From Emiliania huxleyi CCMP1516 (taxonomy: Eukaryota): 64,000 nt of DNA. The stretch's first letter is position 1; each line of letters opens with the position of its first letter. Under the pieces are notes generated by a model that was given only the letters and a program-made list of their open reading frames with translations, was not told the DNA's origin and searched no databases. The stretch spans positions 159,015-223,014 of the forward strand of contig NW_005201259.1 of the NCBI RefSeq assembly GCF_000372725.1, in the 5' to 3' direction. This document shows positions 23,929 through 34,883 of this stretch, one piece after another. A program made the translations under genes and the position numbers.

Positions 23929-25297
23929 ATGCATATTCACCCAGTGCCGTCCCCAAATGCAGTCGGCAACGCCCAGCTCTACGTCGAGATCGGAAGCCGC
24001 GAAACGCAGTTCGGCGGCAGCAAGGCGGCGGACGCATCGGGGCTCGGCGGCGGTCTCAACAACATGCTCATGAACGTGGCGCAGCTTCTGCACGACTCGT
24101 GCGGCGGTGGACGGCACGGCAACACGACCCTCGTCCTGCCGCAGCTCACCTCTGGCTGGCGCTTCTTCAAGGCCTCGCAGCCGGGCTCCCGCATCAAGGA
24201 GTCGGTGGAATTTGGAGATGTCTTCGACGCTGCCGCCTTCGCGCAGCGCGTGGCGCCGTGCCGCGTGGCGGAGGTGGCGCCCGTCGGCGTCGCCGTGCAG
24301 GAGGCCGCTGTCGTCGGGATCAACCGGCAGTGGCCGTACGAGGCGTGGCTGCCTCTGGTTTACGGTGCCCTCGCACCGAGCCGCAAGCTGCAGCCGGCAG
24401 TGGCGCAGATGGTTAGGCGGGCAGCGGCGGGCGGAGGGCCGCGGTGGGCGGCGGTGCACCTGCGGATCGAGCGTGACTGGTGGGTCATCAGCGGCTTTTG
24501 CACGGCGCGCCGCTTCCCGCACCGCCGCTGTTACCCTCCGTCCGAGGTCGCATCGCTGACCGCCGCGAGCCGGCTGAGGAGGAACGTGAGCGGGGTGGTG
24601 CTCATCTACGCGGCGGATAACGTGGCGAGGAGCGGGCCCGAGGTACGGCCCGAGCAGTTCGGAGCGCGCGTCCTCTCCCTGCCGTCTGCGCCCGAGAGCA
24701 CCGGGCACTAGATGCGGAGCACGGATGCGGAGTACGAAGACCCCTCGAGGCTCTAGCTGGCAGCGAGCTCGGCTGGATCCCACTGCACTGCGCAGCCGCA
24801 TGCACTGCACTCGCGGCCGCTGCGCGCACGCTCTGCGCCGAATGCGCTGCAGGAGGAGTCACACCCCGAGTTCTGCTCCAGGCATGGCGTACACGCTGCG
24901 CACCGCCGCCGAGTTCTTCACCGCCGCCGCGGCGCCGGGGGGCTTCTACGGCACCGCTCCCCCCGCCCCGCCCCTCCTCCTTCTCTCGCGGGATCGCCCG
25001 AGATCAGCGGAGGCCATCCGGCGACGAGCCCCCGCTGCAGGCAACTCCTTCTCGACATTCTCCGCCGGGGTGGCGCTGCACCGCAAGTTCGCGCGTGGGA
25101 GTGCGGCCGCCGCGCCGCGCGCCGCGTACGCCTACGACTGCCAGCCCGCCCTCGTGCGAGGCATGCGCAGCAGCGAGCTCTTCCGCACGGTGAGTGCCGC
25201 GCGGTGCGCCGCCGCGGCGGGCGGGGTGGCGGCGGCGCGCTCCACTGACGCGGCGCGAGGAAAGGGCGTCAGGTCGGGACTGTCGCAGGGGCGATAG
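23929..25297 (+). CDS. O-fucosyltransferase-like (GT-B) protein, multi-exon
   Basis: GGGLNNMLM, TLVLPQL, FGDVFDAAAF, AVHLRIERDW and, after introns, FYG|NSFSTFSAGV. Confidence 0.7.
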
Positions 25298-25547
25298 GAC
25301 GATATTCACACCGATATATAAAGCACACCGATATATAGCTCTGGTGCTGCTGCACATCGTGTCACCGAGATATATGTTAATACTCGATCGCGCCACAGCC
25401 CACGCGCCACGCCGGCCCACTGCTGCGTCGCAGCGGTGCACGGCTACCACACGCGATGCTCCATCATGCATCAAGAGAGTCTCTCAAGAGAGTCGAAGCG
25501 CCGGGGGGCCGCTTGAGAGTGGCCTGGCCCTGGGAGCTGGGGGGGGG

Positions 25548-26321
25548 CAGTGAAACCACCCCCGCCTCAACCCGCTCAGGGACGGACGCATTTCCCCCCT
25601 TTCAAAGGCGGTTTCGAAGTTGATGAGACCTCGCCCCCCCCTCTCGAATGAAAGGCGTAAAAAGAGGCGCGGAACAGGCCGGAAGCGCCGCTTGGACGTG
25701 GGTCACACAACGGCAGCGCTCCAGACGCGCTCTGGTAGCTGCCAATGAAGCTGTAGCCCATCGCGCGCGCGCCGGACGGCCATTGCACCTCTACTGCAGT
25801 GCCCTCCTGCACCGAGAGCGACGCGTCAAACCTTTGCTGCCCATGACCGCCGGCGGCTCCGAGCTCGGGCGAGCGAGCCCTGGCTGAGCTGAGCCTCTGC
25901 GGTCGCAATGCAGCGCTGCGGTCGGTGCAGAGTGGCCGTGTGCGTACGGCGTCGTACGCGCACGGCCGCTCTGCCTCAGTGTCGTGCGGCTTGGGCCAAC
26001 TGAGGTCGCTCTCCGACCTCGCTCGCCGAGCTCACAATCCGGCGCGAGCCGCATCGAGTGGAAGTTCGACTTCAGCTTCCGCGAGTGGATGCACTGCCTT
26101 GTCGAGTGCAAGCAGTTGGGCTCCGCCGGGAGCATGTGGTGCAACATGTTCTCTGGGCGCCAGCAGACGCGAGCGCGCAAGCGCGTGTTGAACCGGACGC
26201 TCCATAGCAACACTCAAGATACACTCCAAGGGGGGTACACGTTTTTTATTCGGGTTCGGGGCCCAAGAGTACACTCTTGGCGACGAAACCGAAGCGGGTT
26301 GGCCCCGGGGTGGTTTCACTG
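25548..26321. mobile_element. ~775-bp TIR element, copy 1
   Basis: TIR cagtgaaaccacccc / ggggtggtttcactg; highly similar copy at 49946-50721. Confidence 0.88.
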
Positions 26322-26484
26322 CTCCAGCTCGGCAGCGGTGCGGGCAGCCTCCTGTCACAGCACACACACAGGAAGGACTGTGTGGTTGTAGGAGACCGCA
26401 CCAACCATCACTTTACTGTGCGATAGCGAAGAGCCGCTGTGATTTATGACCGCGCAAGACAATAAGTAAGGGTGGCTCAGGGCC

Positions 26485-27352
26485 CTGAGGGAGGGTGTAG
26501 AGGATGTAGAGTGTAGAGCTGTAGAGCTGTAGAGATGTAGAGCGCTGTAGAGCTGTAGAGCTCTACATCCGCCGCGGGGCGAAGCGCCTCCGTTGTAGAG
26601 CGATGTAGAGGCGCTCTACAACGTGAAATCTCTACAACAAACTCTACATCATAAGCGGCGAACGAGGCACGGTCGCTCTCCGACATGAGGCGCGTTGCAC
26701 TTGCCAGTGCTGCCCTGGCCTTCTGTCTGCCCGCCCAATGGGTGGCAGGTGCCTCTGCTGCTGTGGCATGCCTCACGGCTGCGACTGGCCGGCGCCTCGG
26801 CGCGTCAGCTCGGCTCGGCGTAGCAATAGTGGCCAGCGCAACTCGCCTGGACTCAACGCTCAGCCATGAGCTCCCGCACGCGCTGGCGCGAGGCATGGCG
26901 CATGCAACGCGTCTGAATGCTCGCCTCGCTCGCGCAAATGCGACCGTCCTCGCAGCCGACAGTCCACCGCCTGCTAAAGAAGCACAGCGACGAATGCGGC
27001 ACCGGCGACACATGGCAGGCTGGTCATGACGCAGTTATAGGGTGTTGTGTGCCGTCGGAGTCACTCTCTGTGTGTCAGGGATAGTCAGGGCTGTCCATCA
27101 GAGCTCCACTAAGCTCGGAGACACCCCATTAGCGCGGCTCGACCTCTTTGAGTCACTGCCTTCCCGGCGGTTTGGCTGTAGAGCCTCTACAACAAACTCT
27201 ACAGCAAAATCGGGCTCTACATCGCTCTACAACGGAGGCGCTTCGTCCCGCGGCGGATGTAGAGCTCTACAGCTCTACAGCGCTCCAGAGCGCTCTACAT
27301 CTCTACAGCTCTACAGCGCTCTACACTCTACATCCTCTACACCCTCCCTCAG
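26485..27352. mobile_element. Non-autonomous TIR element with CTCTACA/TGTAGAG arrays (868 bp)
   Basis: Long TIR ctgagggagggtgtagaggatgtagag... / ...ctctacatcctctacaccctccctcag; 8-bp TSD tcagggcc at 26477-26484 and 27353-27360. Confidence 0.93.
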
Positions 27353-27940
27353 TCAGGGCCGCTCTGCCCGCAAGGCGCCCCCGCGTCGCCCGGACGCGGT
27401 ACCATTGACTAACTAATCCCGGAATCACACCCACACGACCAAATAGCGAAAATAACAATTTTGGCAAACGCCAAACATGCATGGGCGATCCAGCGGCTTC
27501 CTTCAGAAATGATCGCGGAAAAGCGGGGGGTTGGACGGACCGCATTTTCGGGGGTTCACCATCTGCCCAGCCGGCACCAACTTGATTCGTAGATGCGCGT
27601 CTCACGGCCGGACCGCGGGACGGGGAGGGAGGGGGATGGATCCGTAAATCCGTAAGTCCGTAAATCGTGTAACAAAAAACCACTAGAGACTCCCCCGCCG
27701 CACCCAGCTACAAGGCAGGCAGAGACACAGCACTCGCGACACGGAGAAGCCGGAGGCTGGCCTCTCCAATGCTCGCGCAACGCTGTCTGAGTGTCTGTGC
27801 ACGCGCAGCAGCTCTCCGTCCGGGGTCCGCGCGGGCGGCGCACACAGTGGGAGGGCGACGACCGTGCGACTGTAACGCTACGTATATCTCTTAACAATAA
27901 CTATATTCGCGCTTGCGCTGCGCCTCTGCGAGTGCGACTA

Positions 27941-28869
27941 TCAACCTCTCTCGCGTGCGCATATAATCCCCTCCATCTTGTCGTACAGCCTTGACCTCTC
28001 CGCCTTTGCGGCATCAGCGCGCCTCGCCTCTGCCTCCATCGAAATCTGCAGCGCGTCGAGCTGCTCGCGCAGCTCGGCCTGCATCTTGGCCCGCATCTCG
28101 CCGATACGCCACTCACACTCAGCTCGAGCTGCGTTTTTTGCCTCGTCAGCCATCCGCTCGGCCGCTTTGATGTCGCGTTTAGTAGCCTGCTGCGCTGTCC
28201 TCAGGTTGTCGCGGTCGGAACGCCTAAGCTCTTGTGCCGCAGCAAGCTCAACCCGCGCCGACGCGAGCGCCTTCTTCACAGCGCTCGCAGAGCGCTTCTC
28301 AGAAGCGAGCTCCTTGGTCTGTGACCGCAACTTCTCTTCCAACTCCTGCCGGAGCAGCACCTCAGCACTCGCACTACTCGCGGCTGCATGGATGTCCGAG
28401 CCCTTTACGGTGTGGTTTGCGCGTCTGTGCTGACGAGAGTGCGGGAGATGCTGCCGTTGTGCTGACCAGAGATTACGCCAGCGGTAGCAGTGGCTGCTCA
28501 GTGGCTGCTTGGGCACACAACAACATTGCTCGTGGCCGAGCTGGCATAAACCGCCGCACCAGCCTCTGCGGCTGCAGGGGTGATTTGGATCGCGTCGAGC
28601 ACTGCGCCTGTATCGTGCTTGAGCATGGCCTCGTACGTACTGAAGTCGGCTATCCTGAGTTCGTTGAGCAGGCGCTCCAGCACAATGCTGAGCTGCGTCG
28701 GTGCCATGTGTCGACGTGTCCAAGGGAACACGGACGTCGCCGAAGGCCTTCTACCGCCTGCCATCACGCTGCAGAGCCTGCGTAGACGCCACAGACGCCA
28801 ATTCTGCAGCCCACAGCCCTGGCAACTGAGGGCGAGGGCCAGCAGTATACGACGACGACGAAATCTCAC
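27941..28869 (-). pseudogene. Disrupted coiled-coil protein ORF (cargo of cassette 1)
   Basis: MAPTQLSIVLERLLNELRIADF... stops at 28498; the heptad-rich ELEEKLRSQTKELASEK...LREQLDALQ continues in another frame. An unrecognised intron is possible. Confidence 0.45.
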
Positions 28870-29460
28870 ACCCCGAGCTGGCCAGCGCCATCAGCCCCTC
28901 TGGCCCCCTCACGGCCCGGCCCAACCTCCCTTCGCCTCGCCTCCAGTGCCTCCAATCAAGTCGCACCTCTCTTCTTCAGCGAATGCAGCGGCAGCACCAC
29001 GTCAGAGGCCGGGCCGACTGGCGGACCTGCATGCCCAGCCATGCCCCCCACTCCCCACCCGCTTGGTCCTTGGATCGATCAGCTGACAGCTCCACCAGCT
29101 CCACCACCGCGTGTCGTGTCATGAAGCATGAGATAGACATAGAAAGCATGAACCATCGAAAGGTCTGGTCTCCAAAAAGAACTCTCGGCGCCCGCCGCGG
29201 GCGCCGCGCGCGCCCGCGCCCCGCCCCTTTTGCGCAGCAACACCTTTAAATTTCATGGCCCTCCAAATCCTCCAAATTCGGGTCGGAGCGTAGCGGAGTG
29301 GGCCCCGAGTTTGAAAAAGGCGACGGACGCTTGCGTCCTAGCCTCCAACAACGCCTCCACGCACCACGTCGCAGAGGGGCCCCCGGAGGGATGCACAACC
29401 GCTCCACGCCACGCCGCTTGCGGCGGTCCTATTCCCAGCTTCTGGGGCCAGTTATTATTT

Positions 29461-31831
29461 TGACCGCGCAAGATAAAGGGGGACTAAGGGCTCTGCCCGC
29501 AAGGCGCCCGCGTCGCAGACGCGGTACTCAGCTTCGTAACCCGTGAAAACAAAAGCAGGACCGTGGCTCCCAAATACGACAACGTCGGTTCAAGTTTGGC
29601 TACCTCCATAACATGGGCGATCCAGCGCTTCCTTCGATCGGGGAAAAGCGCATCGCGACATCTCTGGGGTCACCATATGCCGGACCGGCATAAGACATAC
29701 CGGCTTACGCTCACGCCTGCGACCGAGGCGGCGCTGCTGCGGCTGAAGGAGTGCGGAGAGAACAAGCAGCTGCTATCCCGTTGCGCGCTGTGGTGCAGCG
29801 GCGATGCCCTTGAGGCGCTCATCGTGCTCCAGAAGCTGCGCTATCCGTACCAGGTGGGCCAAGCTGGTGAGTGGGGTGAATGCATCTTGCCGGGGCCGTG
29901 GCAGGCGATCGAGTTCGACGACGTTCAGTGGCGAGCGGTTGCCGTGGTGCAGGGCGCATGGGTCCGTGACTGGACGCAACAGGGCAGGCGCACTGACCTT
30001 ACCGTACAGGCCGAGCCGCTTCTCCCATCACTTCCCCCGCTTCAATCGCCGGATCAGCAGCAGCCTCTACCCGACCCAGCTGCGCTGCATCCCACACCGC
30101 AGCCGCCCCCGATGCCATGGGTGCCACGAGAAAGTTTTACGTGTGCCGGGCTCACCGACAAACCGCCAAGATTCTGGAGCTCACTGGCCGATGCTTTGCC
30201 CGCGCTGACGACACAGCCATGGTTCGATGAGAGTGCCGAGGCACAGGCAGAACGTCTACAGCTGCCTCTCCTAGACCCACGCAACGCCGACCACGACAAC
30301 CACAAGTGGTCAGCGCAGCCGCCGGTCAAACGCGTGTGCTATCAATCAATGCGGCCGTGCGAATGGAAGCAGACGTGGTACACTGATGCATTCCAGTGGG
30401 TTGAGTACAAAACTGAGCTGGTGCGCTTCTTACATGCACTGCGTTGCATTGTCGATGGTACCACCGAGTACCTGGACGTCGAGTTTGCGCCTGAGATGTG
30501 GCGCTTGAGGGGCGGCGGCGTCAACTGCTACCCGTGCAAAAACGCGCGGGCGCGAGAGGAGTTTGACGAAGACCCGTGTGAGCTATGCGGTGCCGGGATG
30601 GAGGAGCCGTGCCAAGAGCACTGTGTCATTCCAAGGGCCGCACGCAACTGGTGGACTGCGTACGAGGCAGAGCTGAGCGGACAATGGCCGGCGTGGTGGA
30701 GCTCAGGCGGACTATCGGATTATTGGATTCCCCGCCGCGGCTGGTGCGTTGCACAGCGTACTCTACTGCGTGTGAAGCTGCTGCTGGCTCGCATGGTGCT
30801 CAACCGTGGCGACTCGCTGGCCATGCGATGCCTCATTCTCGCTGGCACGCCCCCTACTCCCAAGTTTGCGGACCAGCACAAACCGCCACTCCACCAACGA
30901 CTGCTGCACTTCCGCGGTGTGATCCACTTCAGCAATTACGATGGTGCAGCAAAGGAGCTTGAGAGCATGCAGACGTCGACGTTGTATCCTGAACGTCGCA
31001 ACATGGACATCAGCGAGATTGCAGCCAAGTACGGGATAGCCTATGGCCCGCAGCCATTGCACTACATCATTGAGTCGAGCACGTTCAGCCGCAACCTGCT
31101 TGGTCACTCGCTCTCGCCATGCGACTTTAGCTATGATCCGATTGTGGGTGGCGAATTTACTGATCACCTCTGCCGACGCCAGGATGGCATGTTTGATCCG
31201 GGCGAAGTGGGTGACCACTCGCTGGCGCGTGGCGGGCACGGCTCTCTCTGGCGACACAAGTGGGGTGAGCCGCCGCCTGCGTGGCCCGAGACAGACACTA
31301 ACCTACCTGCACCGTATCGTCCCACAGCAGAGAGGGTTGCGCGCATCTGCCGTGAGCGCGTGCTTCATCTTCTCTTTCCAGCGAAGCTTCGCGCTGAAGT
31401 AGAAGCTGGTGCGCCAACGCGAGGTAGCGCTAGTCAACGATAGGAAGTGGTAGACGCCCGAGGGTGGGCGACGGCTAGCACCACACTTCTCCCCTAACTC
31501 TGGTTCCGTGCTTAGAGCCTACTGTATACTTGATGCAGAGCTTTCCGACGTCATTGTGTTTGCCGCTCCGCGCTCGACGCCCGCCGCCGCGCGCGCCCGC
31601 GCGCCACCCCTTTTCGCTTTTGCGCAGCAACACCTTAAATTTCATGGCCCTCCAAATTCGGGTCGGAGCGTAGCGGAGTGGGCCCCGAGTTTGAAAACGG
31701 CGACGGACGCTTGCGTCCTAGCCGCCAACAACGCCTCCCCGGCGCAGAGGGGCCCCCGGAGGGACGCTCAACCGCTCCACGCCACGCCGCTTGCGGCGGT
31801 CCTATTCCACGCTCGCGGGGGCCGGTTCTAT
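29461..31831 (+). mobile_element. Helentron-like cassette 2, carrying an intact long ORF
   Basis: Starts tgaccgcgcaaga directly after cassette 1; 3' block ~31573-31831 matches ~29185-29458. Confidence 0.65.
29677..31443 (+). CDS. Intronless Trp-rich hypothetical protein (~588 aa) with a CxxC...CxxC...CxxHC cluster
   Basis: Uninterrupted ORF 29563-31443, first ATG at 29677; CYPC, CELC, CQEHC; no transposase, Rep or helicase motif recognised. Confidence 0.65.
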   Translation: MPDRHKTYRLTLTPATEAALLRLKECGENKQLLSRCALWCSGDALEALIVLQKLRYPYQVGQAGEWGECILPGPWQAIEFDDVQWRAVAVVQGAWVRDWTQQGRRTDLTVQAEPLLPSLPPLQSPDQQQPLPDPAALHPTPQPPPMPWVPRESFTCAGLTDKPPRFWSSLADALPALTTQPWFDESAEAQAERLQLPLLDPRNADHDNHKWSAQPPVKRVCYQSMRPCEWKQTWYTDAFQWVEYKTELVRFLHALRCIVDGTTEYLDVEFAPEMWRLRGGGVNCYPCKNARAREEFDEDPCELCGAGMEEPCQEHCVIPRAARNWWTAYEAELSGQWPAWWSSGGLSDYWIPRRGWCVAQRTLLRVKLLLARMVLNRGDSLAMRCLILAGTPPTPKFADQHKPPLHQRLLHFRGVIHFSNYDGAAKELESMQTSTLYPERRNMDISEIAAKYGIAYGPQPLHYIIESSTFSRNLLGHSLSPCDFSYDPIVGGEFTDHLCRRQDGMFDPGEVGDHSLARGGHGSLWRHKWGEPPPAWPETDTNLPAPYRPTAERVARICRERVLHLLFPAKLRAEVEAGAPTRGSASQR

Positions 31832-32576
31832 CGTTTCCCATAAGTAGGGTAGGTGGTTGGGCGGGCACTGTTGGTGGTGGTGCGCACTCTGCGCAGCGCC
31901 ACCAGCGGCGCGTCGGAGTGGCGGCCGCCACTGGTGTGGTGCAGAGCGGTTCCTCTCCGGAGAGCCCCAGTCACCACCGGCGGCCGCCTTCAACTCCCCG
32001 AGCGGGGCCCTGGGACCGAGGGCGCGCTCGGCTTCCTGCGCTTTGCGCAAGCGCAGGGTCACAACCCCTGGGCCAGTTGTTGGTGGTTAACCACCTCAAG
32101 GCCAGCGCGCGGGCGATGGAATGACTCCAGCAGCTCAAGGGCTCAAAGTACTCCGGCGCGCGCGCGCGCGCGCCACCGCCCCCGGCGCGGGGTGGGATAT
32201 CAGTTCGTGTGAGTTCTGTGGCCCCATCCCTATGCCCCACCTTCTTCTCCGTTGCCAGTCCCCGAGAACCCCACTATATAGCGCCACCTCGTGAGCTGTC
32301 CTGTGAGCTGTGTGCTGTGTGTCCAGCAGTCCGGACCCGGTGATACGGCCGGTGACACGTGCCTCGTGTCGGCTCCCGAGCCAACCAATCGTGTGCAACG
32401 TGTGTGTGCGTGTGGGCCCGTCCTCCTTGCTTGGAGGTGTGTAAGACTGATGACTGACTGAGGGTAGGTGGGAGGCAGAGTTTGTGTCGTAGGTGTGAAG
32501 AGTCCCCCGGGCCGCGCCGCACCAGCGGAGTCTCCGGCGGCCAGAGCCAGGGCGGCATAACTCTATCGAAGAAGTT

Positions 32577-33397
32577 ATGCCCGAGCTTAAGCTCGAGACT
32601 GGGAACACTGAGGAGCAGTGGGCGATGCTCAGTGCGCTCGCGCATACGACCGCGGCCGCGCCGGCGGCCAAGCAGTCTCCGACTGCCGACCAAATTGTCG
32701 GGGAGTTTGTCGCTGCGCTCGCCGCCAAGCAGCCGACGCCCGGCGGCGGCGCTGCGGCTGCCGTCGGCGCGGCCGTCGGTGCAGCCGCCGCGGCGATGGC
32801 CGCCGCGTACACGACACGGAAGAAGGACCGCGAGTCTGGCGCCGCAGCAGCGGCAGAGGCCCTGATTGCAACGCTGGACACGGCAGCGGTGCTGGCGGCG
32901 GCGGACGCGGACGCCGTGGCGTACGCCGACCTGCAGCGCTCGTGGAAGGACGCGGACATGTCGGCCGAGGAGAAGGCCGCGGTGGAGGCACGCGCGCTGG
33001 CGGTGCCGGTCCAGCTGGTCGAACGGTGAGGAGAACAGAGAGAGAGGAAGGAGACACGCACCAGTCTGGGACGCCGGCCTGACCGCCTCGCAGGTGCCAC
33101 GCGTACGTGCTCGCCATCCAAGCCTTCCTCCCCTCGTGCAACCCAAACATCACCTCGGATGCAAAGGCGGCCCTCACCGCTCACCACTCACCCTCTGCCC
33201 GGCCCTCAGTGACTCCCGCCCCCACCACGCCCCTCGCAAAGGTTGGTATCCACCAGCTCGCGGGCGCGGCGCGAGCAGCCTTCCAGACGGCGCTCGTCAA
33301 CTCTCCGCCGGCCGCCGAGCGCGAACGGCTGCGCGGGCTGCTGCGCGAGATGCGGGAGGTCGAGGAGGCGCTGCTCGAGGGCGAGGCGTGTCCGTGA
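32577..33397 (+). CDS. Formiminotetrahydrofolate cyclodeaminase / methenyl-THF cyclohydrolase (FTCD_C) domain protein, 3 exons
   Basis: FVAALAAKQPTPGGGAAAA, DADAVAY, ALAVPVQL, CNPNITSDAK|VG, AARAAFQTALVN. Confidence 0.85.
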
Positions 33398-33811
33398 GAC
33401 AGTCAGTGTCCAGACACAATCTCTCGCGCTCTGTGCACAGGGTAATCTGTGTGATGCTGATGGGACACACAGCTCACACTCAGGGAGGGGGGGGCCTCGG
33501 CTCTCCTGAGACTCTCTGCGGAGAGGAGGGGCCTCGAGTCCCTCGAGCGGAAGCAGGCTCTTGTAATAGCCGAGGAGCCAGGCGAGAGCGGCGGGATCAC
33601 GCTCATCACACCACGCAACTCATTTTTTTGCTTTCAACACCGCGACGGTCGGGCGCGCGGGAGCGGTGAACGCCGCACGGCGCCCCCGTCTCTCGCGTCT
33701 CGGTCTCCGTCGCTCATCTCTCGCGCGCCAGCTCCACGGCGCGCTGCTCAACTGTCTCTCACCTAGCGGGAGCCCACGGTGGGGGGGTGTCTCCACCTTA
33801 CGCAACGTCCC

Positions 33812-34405
33812 TCAGCCGCCGTGCGCGCCCGCTGCCGCGCCGGCGCCCACTGCCTCCCCATGCTCTCCCTCCGCGGCTGCGAGCGCCTTTTGCCGCCTGC
33901 GCTGCCGCTTCGTGAGGAGATCCCCGCGCCGCATCGCCGTCTCGGCGGATCGCTGTCGCTCCCCGAGGACGACCTTGATCATCGCCATCGACTTGCGCGT
34001 CATGCGCGCCCGCTCGGGGTGCGGCATCGTCGTTTTGCGCCGTTCGTGCAGCAGCTTGACCGACGCGAGCATGTTTCGCTCGCGGAGCAGCACGGCCCAT
34101 AGCTTCTGCAGGTCAGCGTCGCTCTTGAGCCGGATCTCGGCGGCGGACCAGCGGCGGCCGGGTGGAGGCAGCTTCGGATCCACCTCGTACGGATCCACAA
34201 ACGCCTCCAGGTACGGCGCAAGAGACGGTGCTTCGCTAGCGTCGCCGCCGCTGCCGTCCTCGTCGCCCGACGGCTCGGGACCCGTGCTCAGCGGGCGGAG
34301 AAGCGGCGAGGGCGCACCGGCGGGGCGGTGCAGGCGAGCTCCTCCCAAGGCGGCGCCTCGCACAGTGAGGCGCGACGCGCCGCGAGAGAGTGGGCGCAAC
34401 AACAT
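33812..34405 (-). CDS. MRPL47: Mitochondrial ribosomal protein L47 (uL29m)
   Basis: GRRWSAAEIRLKSDADLQKLWAVLLRERNML...PERARMTRKSMAMIKVVLGER; Arg-rich transit peptide. Confidence 0.92.
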   Translation of the reverse strand: MLLRPLSRGASRLTVRGAALGGARLHRPAGAPSPLLRPLSTGPEPSGDEDGSGGDASEAPSLAPYLEAFVDPYEVDPKLPPPGRRWSAAEIRLKSDADLQKLWAVLLRERNMLASVKLLHERRKTTMPHPERARMTRKSMAMIKVVLGERQRSAETAMRRGDLLTKRQRRRQKALAAAEGEHGEAVGAGAAAGAHGG

Positions 34406-34883
34406 ATCCTACATACTCGAGTATGTGGTGTGTACGGTCGGCCCAGGGGCGTGGTTGAGGGGTTGGTTGAGGCCCCCCCTGTTGAGTATATGAGCGACCC
34501 ACCTCGAGGGTTGCTCCTGACTCTGGCCTTTTCTGGGTCACGTAGCCACACCTCGCCTCCTTGGTGCGAGTGGCTGCCAGTTCGACTCTGGGGAGGATCG
34601 AACCATCAACATGGTACCTCCGGTGAGATCTCCCAGGTCGTCGGCGGTCTAGGGATGGGGAAGGAGGACAGGGTCCCCACCTGCACGAGCAGGATTTTGG
34701 AAGGACGATCAGGGGGACAGGTGGGGCTCTCCTGCTCCTGACAAGGGTAGGGACAGAAGGCTCCTACGCGCGCCCGGCCCCACCAAGGTTTTTCTCGCCC
34801 GCCTCGCCGCCCAACCACGTGGCAGATTTTTTTCAACCAGCGCAGGCGTGCGCCCTACGAGCCGAGCCCTTCACCTTTGAGCG

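Larger units (their letters stand above)
26447..29458 (+). mobile_element. Helentron-like cassette 1, carrying a disrupted coiled-coil ORF and a nested TIR element
   Basis: 5' tgaccgcgcaaga; 5' block (continuing at 27357-27575) and 3' block (~29185-29458) shared with cassette 2; 3' cttgcggcggtc then hairpin cccag-ctt-ctggg. Confidence 0.65.

Noticed and set aside
25791..26391. ORFs inside the CAGTG TIR element as a transposase
   Set aside because: Short, no DDE or HTH motif recognisable in any frame.
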